Shown one piece after another: positions 56,436 through 64,000 of a stretch of DNA of 64,000 nt (the first letter of the stretch is position 1; each line of letters opens with the position of its first letter). The notes beneath the pieces were generated by a model. That model searched no databases. It was not told the DNA's origin and worked only from the letters and a program-made list of their open reading frames with translations. This DNA comes from Candidatus Pullichristensenella avicola (GTDB lineage: Bacteria > Bacillota > Clostridia > Christensenellales > Aristaeellaceae): contig DVIA01000043.1 of NCBI GenBank assembly GCA_018711655.1, forward strand, positions 14,130 to 78,129, written 5' to 3'. The position numbers and the translations under genes were made by a program.

Positions 56436-57497
56436 ATGATCGTATGCAAATTTGGCGGCACCTCGCTCTGCGACGCTTCGCGCGTGCGGCAGGCCATGGC
56501 GATCCTGCGCCGCGACGGCGCGCGCCGTTTTGTGGTGGTATCCGCGCCAGGGCGGCGCTTTGACGGCGATGAAAAAATTACCGATCTGCTCCTGCGCGCC
56601 GGGAATGGCGACGACGAAGCGCTGGCAGCGGCGCTGGCGCGCTTTCGCGAAATGGCGGCGGCGCTGGGCGTGGACATGGAGGGCGAGTTGCGCCGCGTCC
56701 GGGAGGAAATCCCCGGCCGCGGCGCGGAATTTGCCGCAAGCCGGGGCGAATATCTGTGCGGCCATCTCCTCGCCCGCTGTCTGCGCTGGACGTTTGTAGA
56801 CGCGGCGGAGGCCGTTTGCCTGCGCCAGAACGGCACGGCGGATCTGGAGGAGACTTACCGACGTCTTTCGCGGCTGCTTCGACCGCTGAAAAACGCCGTC
56901 GTTCCAGGGTTCTACGGCACGACGCGGCGCGGCGAAGTGCGCACCTTTCCACGCGGCGGCTCGGACATTACCGGCGCGCTGGTCGCGGGCGCGATGGGCG
57001 CGCGCCTGTACGAAAACTGGACGGATGTGGACGGGTTGATGTCCGCCGATCCGCGCGTGGTGCAAAATACCATATGCGTGCCGGAGGTCAGCTATCGGCA
57101 AATGCGCCTTTTGAGCGCCATGGGAGCGCAGGTGCTCCACCCCGACAGTCTGCTGCCGGTCATGCGCGCCGATATTCCCACGGCGCTGAAAAACAGTTTT
57201 CACCCCGAGCGGCCTGGCACGCGCATCTCCGGCGGAGCGCGGGCAAAAGTACCTTGCCTTGCCGGCCGGGCGCTGGAAAGCGGCGCGGGACTGCTGGCGA
57301 TCCTCTCGCCGGAGGCGATGGATCTGCCCAATTGCGCCGTCTCCGCGCTGCGCGCCGCAGGCATTCGGCCGCGCTGGCTCGGCGCATGGAGCGACCGTTT
57401 GCTCATGCGCGTGCGCGCCAACTGTCTGCCGGACGCGCTGCGCGCCTTGCATCACGCGCTTATCGAGGGCGGCGCAAAACCACGCCCGCAGGCTTAA
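56436..57497 (+). CDS. aspartate kinase (short form, 353 aa)
   Basis: MIVCKFGGTSL, VVVSAPG and RGGSDITGALVAGAMGA are amino-acid-kinase motifs of aspartokinases. Only about 100 aa follow the kinase domain. Confidence 0.75.
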   Translation: MIVCKFGGTSLCDASRVRQAMAILRRDGARRFVVVSAPGRRFDGDEKITDLLLRAGNGDDEALAAALARFREMAAALGVDMEGELRRVREEIPGRGAEFAASRGEYLCGHLLARCLRWTFVDAAEAVCLRQNGTADLEETYRRLSRLLRPLKNAVVPGFYGTTRRGEVRTFPRGGSDITGALVAGAMGARLYENWTDVDGLMSADPRVVQNTICVPEVSYRQMRLLSAMGAQVLHPDSLLPVMRADIPTALKNSFHPERPGTRISGGARAKVPCLAGRALESGAGLLAILSPEAMDLPNCAVSALRAAGIRPRWLGAWSDRLLMRVRANCLPDALRALHHALIEGGAKPRPQA

Positions 57498-57810
57498 CCG
57501 GCGATTCGACGGCGCGCCTGAGCCACGGCCGCGCGCGTGTTTCCCAGGAGTCGCCAAAGGCATACATTTCATCGCCTGGAGCGATGCGTTCTCCTTACCG
57601 GACGAGTTTTGATGCTTCCGTCCCGCCGGTGCGTTTTCCGCCTTCCCGTTCCAGGCGGCCCTGACGGAAAGGCGCGCAATGCTTCGGGCGCGCCCGCTCC
57701 TCCGTTCGAATCCTTGCAGCGCGGCCCAAATTCAAGGCGCGGCATGGCGCGACCCGCCCCCCATCGCTCCCCTGACCGCAAAGCGCGGGAAATCCCGGCA
57801 GGATGCGTCC

Positions 57811-58366
57811 ACGGCGCGCCGTCTCTGAAAACGGAGCCGCGCCGGCGCACGAATGCGGGAGGCGGCGTCTCCAGCCGTCCCGGGGAAGCGCGGGGCGCGG
57901 CGCTTTGCGCGCATGCCGCGCCGTTCGCCATGCGCGGTTCGCATGCCGGCGAAGTCCTCGAAGCAGCATGCGCGGCGTTTCTGAAAACAGAGCCGCGCCG
58001 GCGCGCGAATGCGGGAGGCGACGTCTCCAGCCGTCCCGGGGAAGCGCGGGGCGCGGCGCTTTGCGCGCATGCCGCGCCGTTCGCCATGTGCGGTTCGCAT
58101 GCCGGCGAAGTCCTCGAAGCAGCACGCGCGCCGTCTCTGAAAACGGAGCCGCGCCGGCGCGCGAATGCGGGAGGCGGCGTCTCCAGCCGCTCCGGGAAAG
58201 CGCGGGGCGCGGCGCTTTGCGCGCATGCCGCGCCGTTCGCCATGTGCGGTTCGCATGCTGGCGAAGTCCTTAGCGCGGCACGCGCGGCGTTTCTGAAAAC
58301 GGAGCCGCGCCGGCGCGCGAATGCGGGAGGCGGCGTCTCCAGCCGCTCCGGGAAAGCGCGGGGCGC
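57811..58366. repeat. tandem array, 156-nt unit x about 3.6 copies, GC-rich, non-coding by my reading
   Basis: The marker CTGAAAAC recurs at 57825, 57981, 58137 and 58293 (exact 156-nt spacing). The units are near-identical. Each contains GGCGCGGC-13nt-GCCGCGCC, the palindrome GCGCCGGCGC and GGAG-7nt-CTCC. Confidence 0.9.
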
Positions 58367-58451
58367 TTCCCCCGGGACAAATTCCTTCCTCGGCAGACGG
58401 CAGCGCACGGGGTTTGCGCCAAACGCCGCCGACCAGCGCGCCGGCCCGCGC

Positions 58452-58487
58452 AAACAAAAGCGCGGAGGGGCTTGCAGCCTCCTCCGC
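58452..58487 (-). terminator. rho-independent terminator of valS
   Basis: Reverse strand reads GCGGAGGAGG-ctgcaag-CCCCTCCGC followed by TTTTGTTTG. Confidence 0.75.
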
Positions 58488-58503
58488 GCCGGCGCGCCGC
58501 GTC

Positions 58504-61146
58504 TTAGCGCAGCGCCTCCATTTCGGCAATGCGGGCCTCGAGCTTGACAAGCAGGCCCTTGTTGGTCTCCAGCTTCTGCTTTTCCTGTTCGATGAGGTGG
58601 GCGGGAGCTTTGGAGACGAATCCCTGATTGTTCAACTTGCCCTGCGCGCGGGCGATCTCGCCTTCGACGTTCTTTCTGTCCTTTTGCAGGCGGGCGATCT
58701 CCTTTTCCACATCCACCAGTTCGCCCAGCGGCATGAACAATTCGCACGGCCCGGTGACGGCGCTGGCCGACTTTTCCGGGTTGGGCGCGTCGGCGGGGAG
58801 AATCTCCACAGCGCTGGCGAAGGCCAGGCGGCGGAAATAGCCCTCCGCGGCGGCGAGCGCGTCCTTCCATCCCGCGTGCGGCTTGAGCAGCAGCGTGGCG
58901 CGGCGGCCGGGGGCGACGTTCATCTCGGCGCGCAGGTTGCGCACGGTGCGGATGACCTCCATCACGCCCTCCATGCGGGCGGTCTCCTCCGGGAAATCGA
59001 ACTCGGGGCGCGCCTCGGGCCAGCGGGCAGTGATGAGCATGCCCTCCACGCCCGGCAGGTAGCTGTAAACCTCCTCGGTGACGAAGGGGATGTAGGGGTG
59101 CAAAAGCTTGAGCGTGCCCAGCAGCACCTCGTAGAGCACTTCCTGCGTGGCCTTTTTGCGCTTTGCGTCGCCGCTGTTGAGGCCCTGCTTGGCAAGCTCG
59201 ATGTACCAATCGCAGAAATTGCTCCACACAAAGTCGTAGAGCTTGGTGGCGGCCAGGCCCAGATCGAACTTTTCAAGGTCGTCGGTGATCTCGCGCGCGG
59301 TCTCCTGGAACTTGGTGAGTATCCACTTGTCGCACAGTTCCAATTTGTCTGCGTTGGGCACGCCCTCGGGCGTGAAGCCCTCGAGGTTCATCAAGACGAA
59401 GCGCGAGGCGTTCCAGATCTTGTTGACGAAATTGCGGAAGGACTCGATCTTCTCCTCCGACATGCGCACGTCCGCGCCCGGGGAGACGCCCATCTCCAGC
59501 GAGAAGCGCAGCGCGTCCGCGCCATACTTGTCGATGACGGCGATGGGGTCGATGCCGTTGCCGAGAGACTTACTCATCTTTCTGCCCTGCGCGTCGCGCA
59601 CGAGGCCGTGCATCAGCGCCACATGGAAGGGGCACTTGCCCATTTGCTCGATGCCGGAAAACACCATGCGCGCGAGCCAGAAAAAGATGATGTCGTAGCC
59701 GCAGGAGAGCACGCTGTTGGGGTAGAAGTACTGAAGATCCTCCGTCTCCTCCGGCCAGCCGAGGGTCGAGAACGGCCACAGCGCCGAGGAGAACCAGGTG
59801 TCGAGCACATCCTCGTCCTGATGGACGCGGCCGCCGCACTTGGGGCAGGCGGTGATGTCCTCGCGGGAGACAGTAATCTCGCCGCACTGCTCGCAGTAGA
59901 AGGCGGGGATGCGGTGGCCCCACCAGAGCTGGCGGGAGATGCACCAATCGCGGATGTTCTCCATCCAGTTAAGATACGTCTTTTCAAAGCGCTCGGGAAC
60001 AAAGACCAGTTCCCTGTTCTTCGCCACCTCGATGGCGGGCTCGGCCAAGGGCTTCATCTTCACAAACCACTGGGTGGAGACGAGGGGCTCGACGTTATCG
60101 TGGCAGCGGTAGCAGGTGCCCACATTGTGCTTGAGCGGCTCGACCTTGACCAGCAGGCCCAGCGTTTTCAGTTCCTCCACCACGGCCTCGCGGCAGGCTT
60201 CGCGCGTCATGCCCGCGAACTTGCCGGCGTTTTCGTTCATGGTGCCATCGTCGTTGAGGACGCGGATGATGGGCAAATCGTGGCGCTGGGCGACCTCGAA
60301 GTCGTTGGGGTCGTGCGCCGGGGTCATCTTCACCGCGCCGGTGCCGAACTCGAGGTCGGCGTAATCGTCGGCGACGATGGGAATTTCGCGGTTCATAATC
60401 GGCAGGGTGACGGTCTTGCCCACCATGTCCCTGTAGCGCTCGTCGGCGGGGTTGACGCATACGCCGGTATCGCCCAGCATCGTCTCCGGGCGGGTGGTGG
60501 CGACGACGATGTCGCCGTGCGCGCCGGGATAGCGGATGTGCCAGAGGTGGGAATCCTGCTCCACATACTCCACTTCCGCGTCGGAAAGGGCGGTCTTGCA
60601 GGTGGGGCACCAGTTGATGATGCGCGCGCCGCGGTAGATGAGGCCCTTTTCGTAGAGGCGCACGAATGTCTCGCGCACGGCGCGGCTGAGGCCCTCGTCC
60701 ATGGTGAAGCGCTCGCGCGACCAGTCGCAGGAAACGCCCAGTTTGCGCAGCTGGCGGACGATGCGGCCGCCGTATTCCTTCTTCCACGCCCAGGCGCGCT
60801 CGAGGAACTTTTCGCGGCCGATCATCTCCTTGGAGACGCCCTCGGCCTTGAGGGCCTCGACCACCTTGATCTCGGTGGCGATGGAGGCGTGGTCCGTGCC
60901 CGGCACCCAGAGGGTCGGGTCGCCCTTCATGCGGTGGTAGCGGATGAGCACATCCTGCGGCATCTCGTCCAGCGCGTGGCCCACATGAAGCTGGCCGGTG
61001 ATGTTCGGCGGCGGCATGACGATGGTGAAGGGCTGCTTCTCCGGGTCGATGACCGGCTTGAAGGCCCCGGATGACTCCCACTTTTCGTAGATGCGCGTTT
61101 CCACATCCTGCGGCGAAAATACCTTGTCCATCTTAAATTCCTGCAT
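58504..61146 (-). CDS. valS: valine--tRNA ligase
   Basis: 880 aa. PPPNITGQLHVGHAL (HIGH region), RKMSKSLGN (KMSKS) and a C-terminal coiled-coil. GGAGGGAAGACC-ATG. Confidence 0.97.
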   Translation of the reverse strand: MQEFKMDKVFSPQDVETRIYEKWESSGAFKPVIDPEKQPFTIVMPPPNITGQLHVGHALDEMPQDVLIRYHRMKGDPTLWVPGTDHASIATEIKVVEALKAEGVSKEMIGREKFLERAWAWKKEYGGRIVRQLRKLGVSCDWSRERFTMDEGLSRAVRETFVRLYEKGLIYRGARIINWCPTCKTALSDAEVEYVEQDSHLWHIRYPGAHGDIVVATTRPETMLGDTGVCVNPADERYRDMVGKTVTLPIMNREIPIVADDYADLEFGTGAVKMTPAHDPNDFEVAQRHDLPIIRVLNDDGTMNENAGKFAGMTREACREAVVEELKTLGLLVKVEPLKHNVGTCYRCHDNVEPLVSTQWFVKMKPLAEPAIEVAKNRELVFVPERFEKTYLNWMENIRDWCISRQLWWGHRIPAFYCEQCGEITVSREDITACPKCGGRVHQDEDVLDTWFSSALWPFSTLGWPEETEDLQYFYPNSVLSCGYDIIFFWLARMVFSGIEQMGKCPFHVALMHGLVRDAQGRKMSKSLGNGIDPIAVIDKYGADALRFSLEMGVSPGADVRMSEEKIESFRNFVNKIWNASRFVLMNLEGFTPEGVPNADKLELCDKWILTKFQETAREITDDLEKFDLGLAATKLYDFVWSNFCDWYIELAKQGLNSGDAKRKKATQEVLYEVLLGTLKLLHPYIPFVTEEVYSYLPGVEGMLITARWPEARPEFDFPEETARMEGVMEVIRTVRNLRAEMNVAPGRRATLLLKPHAGWKDALAAAEGYFRRLAFASAVEILPADAPNPEKSASAVTGPCELFMPLGELVDVEKEIARLQKDRKNVEGEIARAQGKLNNQGFVSKAPAHLIEQEKQKLETNKGLLVKLEARIAEMEALR

Positions 61147-61392
61147 GGTCTTCCCTCCGTGCGATATAAAAAGCCTGTCCCGGCCAAAGGGCGGGGACAG
61201 ACCGCGGTACCACCTTTATTTGCCCCTCGCGGGGCCTCTTTGCGCTGTACGGGGCGCGCCCCGGCGGACTACTTCCCTTCGCCCGCCCGCCTCGGGAGCG
61301 ACCTTCGCGCCTCGGCCATCCAGGCGGCCTTGCAGCCTGTGGACCGCCCTCTCTTGGGAGCCTGCGCGCTACTCCTCTCCGTCACCGGCAAA
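61147..61392 (-). promoter_or_regulatory. T-box riboswitch leader of valS
   Basis: Reverse strand carries AAAGGTGGTACCGCGG (T-box sequence, plus-strand coordinates 61201-61214). It is followed by the terminator GTCTGTCCCCGCC...GGCCGGGACAGGC-TTTTT. Stem I begins GGAGAGGAGTAGCG.... The candidate specifier is GUC (Val) in GAAG-GUC-G (about 61300-61302). Confidence 0.85.
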
Positions 61393-61396
61393 TATG

Positions 61397-61425
61397 ATTA
61401 TAGCAAGTTTGGGCGGCGGAGTCAA
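61397..61425 (-). promoter_or_regulatory. valS promoter
   Basis: Reverse strand reads TTGACT (61425-61420), a 17-nt spacer, TGc, then TATAAT (61402-61397). Confidence 0.7.
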
Positions 61426-61502
61426 GCAAAATTCGCGGCGGGCATGGTAAAACCTTGGCGCATGGCAGGGAAAAGCCGTCCGGGGCGGCCGGACGGCTCT
61501 GG

Positions 61503-62243
61503 TCACTGGCGGAAGAGCGCGCCGCAGAAGATGCAGACCGTTCGATTTGCGTTCTGCTCTTTCCCGCAGGCGGGACAGATCAAAGTGGGGGCGCTGCGGT
61601 CAACAGAAAATACCCTATTCCCATGCTTGACAAAGGACTTGATCTTTGTCAGCGCATTATTGGAAGCGTTCCCATAAGTTTTCTCTGATACCGCCGTGGC
61701 GTGTATGACCTTCAAAAGCTCTTGCGTATCCTCGTCACTCGCTTCAAGCTTCTGTGAAAGATAATCGTATATCTCCGTGGCGCTCTTCAGTTCCTGCATG
61801 TCGGACATCATCTCTTTGCTGATGACTTCCTTGGAAGCGATCGCTGCCTCCATCTTGGGCTGTTGAGGCGCTAGAGGCTTGGGCTTGCTGGTGGAGGATC
61901 CGGCCGGAGCTGCCGCGGGCTGCGCCTTGGCGGGAGCTTTCTCCGGCGCGGCTGCCGGTCTGCTCTCTTCCCTGTTTTCCTGCTTGAGCGTTTCCAGTTC
62001 CTTCTCGATGCGCAGCAGGGCGGCGTTGTTTGCGCAGGTCTTGTCCACGATTTCTCCGAAGCCGTACAGGAACAAATAGGTGATAGCCATAGAGAAAGCG
62101 CCCACGAGCATGACCGGCCAGCCGATGGCGCCGAGGCCCTGCGAGATGAGCGCGATGCCGGCGATGACGCAGGCGATGATGCCGATGACGCAGATGATGG
62201 AAACGACGGATTTGATGGTCTGCCCGATGTTGCTTTCGTTCAT
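61503..62243 (-). CDS. membrane protein with Pro/Ala-rich linker and C-terminal zinc ribbon, hypothetical
   Basis: Two N-terminal TM helices (VVSIICVIGIIACVIAGIALI, WPVMLVGAFSMAITYLFLYGF), a PAAAPEKAPAKAQPAAAP linker, then CPACGK...CIFCG. Confidence 0.65.
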   Translation of the reverse strand: MNESNIGQTIKSVVSIICVIGIIACVIAGIALISQGLGAIGWPVMLVGAFSMAITYLFLYGFGEIVDKTCANNAALLRIEKELETLKQENREESRPAAAPEKAPAKAQPAAAPAGSSTSKPKPLAPQQPKMEAAIASKEVISKEMMSDMQELKSATEIYDYLSQKLEASDEDTQELLKVIHATAVSEKTYGNASNNALTKIKSFVKHGNRVFSVDRSAPTLICPACGKEQNANRTVCIFCGALFRQ

Positions 62244-62326
62244 TGCCCTGCCCCTCTTTTGTATGGATTTTACAGGGACATTATACGTTCTGAACCATCA
62301 AATGTCAATACAACTTTCCTCCCCTT

Positions 62327-62800
62327 TCAGAATGCGAGGATGAGGCCGTCGCGCTCGGCGCAATCGCTGCACAGGCCGCGCGTGGGGAGGATGGAAATGC
62401 GGGCGTTTTCCCAGATGGCGCGGATGCGGCCGGCCAGTTTCCGACCAAAGGCTCGTTGAGACCGTGGCTGATGACCACTTCGCCGCCGCGGAAGCCCGTC
62501 TCCGGCATGGCCTTGCAGAGCGGCGAGAGGGCGCGCTTTTCGCCGCGCACTTTCCCACGCAGGCGTATCTCCCCTGCCTCGCCGACCTTGCCGGGGCGCG
62601 CGGGCCTTCCCGGGGGCTACGCCCTCCCGCGAAGGCAAAGCCTGTGTCTTTACGCCTTTTGTCCAACGTCCGCCATAGTCGTAGAAAAATCCTCTGGTGC
62701 CGGCGGGGAAAGCGCCGTCCTCCGGGCAAGGCCGTCAGCCCGACGCCGGACGGCCCCCTGTGCAAAAACATCCCGCAAAGAAAGGGGCGGCGGCCCGCAG
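62327..62800 (-). pseudogene. decayed/frameshifted gene remnant (family not recognised)
   Basis: One reverse frame reads well at both ends (EDGAFPAGTRGFFYDYGGRWTKGVK ... GRKLAGRIRAIWENARISILPTRGLCSDCAERDGLILAF-stop at 62327) but is Arg-rich junk in the middle. In that middle stretch a second frame reads GEKRALSPLCKAMPETGFRGGEVVISHGLNEPLVG. This implies two compensating frameshifts. The 5' limit is unclear. Confidence 0.3.
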
Positions 62801-62882
62801 CGAATGTTCGCGGCGGCATGCACGCCGCGGCCGGCGCTTCCCGAATTCAGGGGGCGCCTCCATTGGAGCGGCCACGGCCGGT

Positions 62883-63173
62883 TCAGAAGCTGAAATCGTT
62901 GCGAGGGTCGCCGCTTTTGCGGCGAACATCGTCGAGAAACTCGATCTCCATGCGTTCAAAGCCGATCTCTTCCACAAAGTGATCGGCCGTAAAGGCGGTC
63001 ATGCGAAAGGAGGAAAACTCGCGCTCGTTTTTCGGCAGCCAGATCGGCCTGGGCACGTCCAGCGCGCGACAGGCCTCCTCCAGCGCCGCGCGCGCGCCGT
63101 TGAAGGCGCACTCCACCGTCGTCTGGCGGTCGATCCTGTGTTTTTTCATCAGGCGCACCCAAAGTCTGGTCAT
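62883..63173 (-). CDS. small conserved hypothetical protein (96 aa) downstream of ddl
   Basis: AGGAGGAAGCC-ATG at 63173, 10 nt after the ddl stop. The composition is protein-like (MTRLWVRLMKKHRIDRQTTVECAFNGARAALEEA...). Confidence 0.6.
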   Translation of the reverse strand: MTRLWVRLMKKHRIDRQTTVECAFNGARAALEEACRALDVPRPIWLPKNEREFSSFRMTAFTADHFVEEIGFERMEIEFLDDVRRKSGDPRNDFSF

Positions 63174-63182
63174 GGCTTCCTC

Positions 63183-64000
63183 CTAGCGGCCCAATTTGCC
63201 CTTCGCGCCCTTGGACCCGCGCAGGATGTGCGAAAGGATGGACGAATCATAGGAAAACACCGAGGCCCTGCGATCCGCATAGGCGTTGAAGGCGCATTCC
63301 ACCATGCGGTCCAGCAGGCGGGAGAAGGCCACACCCTTCGGCTCCCAGAGGTAGAAGGCCAGCGAACCGGGGATGGTGTTGGCCTCGTTGATAAAAACGT
63401 TTTCGTTCTCATCAAGGATGAAGTCGATGCGCACCACGCCCTTCAGGTCCATGGCGCGGAAGGCGCGCACGGCCAGGTCGCGCACGGTCTCGGCCGTCTT
63501 TTCGCCGATGGGCGCGGGAATGACGCGCACCTGCGAAGCCATGCCCTCCGCGCCCTTGGCGCCGCTTTCGTATTTGCCCTTGAAGGTGAGAAATTCTTCG
63601 CGCGTAACGGGCATTTCCAGTTCCGAGGTCTCAACCTGGTCGCCATAGCCGAGCACGGAACAGTTGACCTCGCGCAGCGGGGAAACCGCCTTCTCCACCA
63701 GCACGCGGTGGTCGTAGGCCACGGCCGTTTCAATGGCGTCCTCCAGCTGGTCGCGGTCATGGGCGACATTGATGCCGATGGAGGAGCCGAGGTTGGCGGG
63801 CTTGACGATCATTGGGTAAGCGATCTGCGCTTCCGCGTCGTCCATCACGCCCTCGCGCTCGCGGCTCCAGCGGCCGCGGTCGAACCACATGCCCTCCACC
63901 ACCGGGAAACCGCAGCCCTTGAACAGCAATTTCATGGTGATCTTGTCCATGCCCACGGCCGAACCCATCACGCCCGCCGAAGTATAGGGCACGTTGAACA
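63183..64000 (-). CDS. ddl: D-alanine--D-alanine ligase (C-terminal ~270 aa; N-terminus beyond the right edge)
   Basis: ATP-grasp motifs: MDKITMKLLFKGCGFPVV, YPMIVKPANLGSSIGI and RIDFILDENENVFINEANTIPGSLAFYLW. Confidence 0.93.
   Translation of the reverse strand, partial: FNVPYTSAGVMGSAVGMDKITMKLLFKGCGFPVVEGMWFDRGRWSREREGVMDDAEAQIAYPMIVKPANLGSSIGINVAHDRDQLEDAIETAVAYDHRVLVEKAVSPLREVNCSVLGYGDQVETSELEMPVTREEFLTFKGKYESGAKGAEGMASQVRVIPAPIGEKTAETVRDLAVRAFRAMDLKGVVRIDFILDENENVFINEANTIPGSLAFYLWEPKGVAFSRLLDRMVECAFNAYADRRASVFSYDSSILSHILRGSKGAKGKLGR

Noticed and set aside
57700-57716. GTTCGAATCC, a tRNA T-loop-like word
   Set aside because: The flanking bases cannot form a 5-bp T-stem, and no acceptor or anticodon arms are evident.
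57811-58366. Possible CRISPR array
   Set aside because: The units are contiguous 156-nt copies with no unique spacers, no 28-37-nt repeat periodicity, and no cas genes in the window.
57537-59227. 336-, 552- and 272-aa ORFs across the 156-nt tandem array
   Set aside because: They are open only because of GC richness. The repeat peptides are low-complexity Arg/Ala/Gly sequences, there is no RBS, and one of them runs antisense into valS.
58321-61074. 917-aa plus-strand ORF
   Set aside because: It is the antisense shadow of valS (HIGH and KMSKS motifs on the minus strand).

Overview
This is a 64-kb chromosomal window from a high-GC Firmicute, probably Clostridia-like. That placement is an inference from gene content: GGAGG Shine-Dalgarno sites, Prp plus an N-extended L27, a T-box valS leader, the DapH acetylase branch of lysine synthesis, and WG-repeat wall proteins. 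Most of the window is housekeeping. It includes pepP-efp; dapA-dapB-dapH with a divergent M20 deacetylase; argF; a Ca-type P-type ATPase; pepF; nifS-thiI; pyrH-tsf-rpsB; sdaA; rplU-prp-rpmA; dnaG-sigA-trmK-nif3 followed by a COG1579 zinc-ribbon gene and rnpB; valS; and ddl. Many long ORFs in the supplied track are Arg-rich antisense shadows of real genes.

Three RNA genes or elements are absent from the track: SRP RNA (~9211-9344), RNase P RNA (~50743-51085, minus strand) and the valS T-box leader.

I found no canonical defence, CRISPR, transposon, integrase or prophage genes. The items most worth a second look are:

- A secreted repeat protein of at least 1950 aa on the minus strand (1..5850). 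The track misses it and shows only its antisense shadow. It appears co-transcribed with a membrane-anchored TPR gene from a perfect consensus promoter, with a palindrome in the leader.
- An AT-rich two-gene island (about 41.9-45.9 kb). It encodes two unrelated wall-binding surface proteins that share a near-identical 137-nt 3' module and a homologous 5' leader. A G-tract abuts the -10 box of each.
- A 156-nt x ~3.6 tandem array (57811-58366) between the convergent aspartate kinase and valS genes.
- Two ORF-less, very GC-rich blocks of 0.6-0.7 kb flanking the rplU-prp-rpmA operon.
- A translationally coupled DUF1848 (C-terminal CxxxCxxC) and EndoIII-like pair, next to an MrfA-type helicase.

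Two loci look frameshifted or decayed (34.6-35.6 kb and 62.3-62.8 kb).

Everything here was read by eye. No BLAST, HMM or covariance searches were run, and no GC values were computed.
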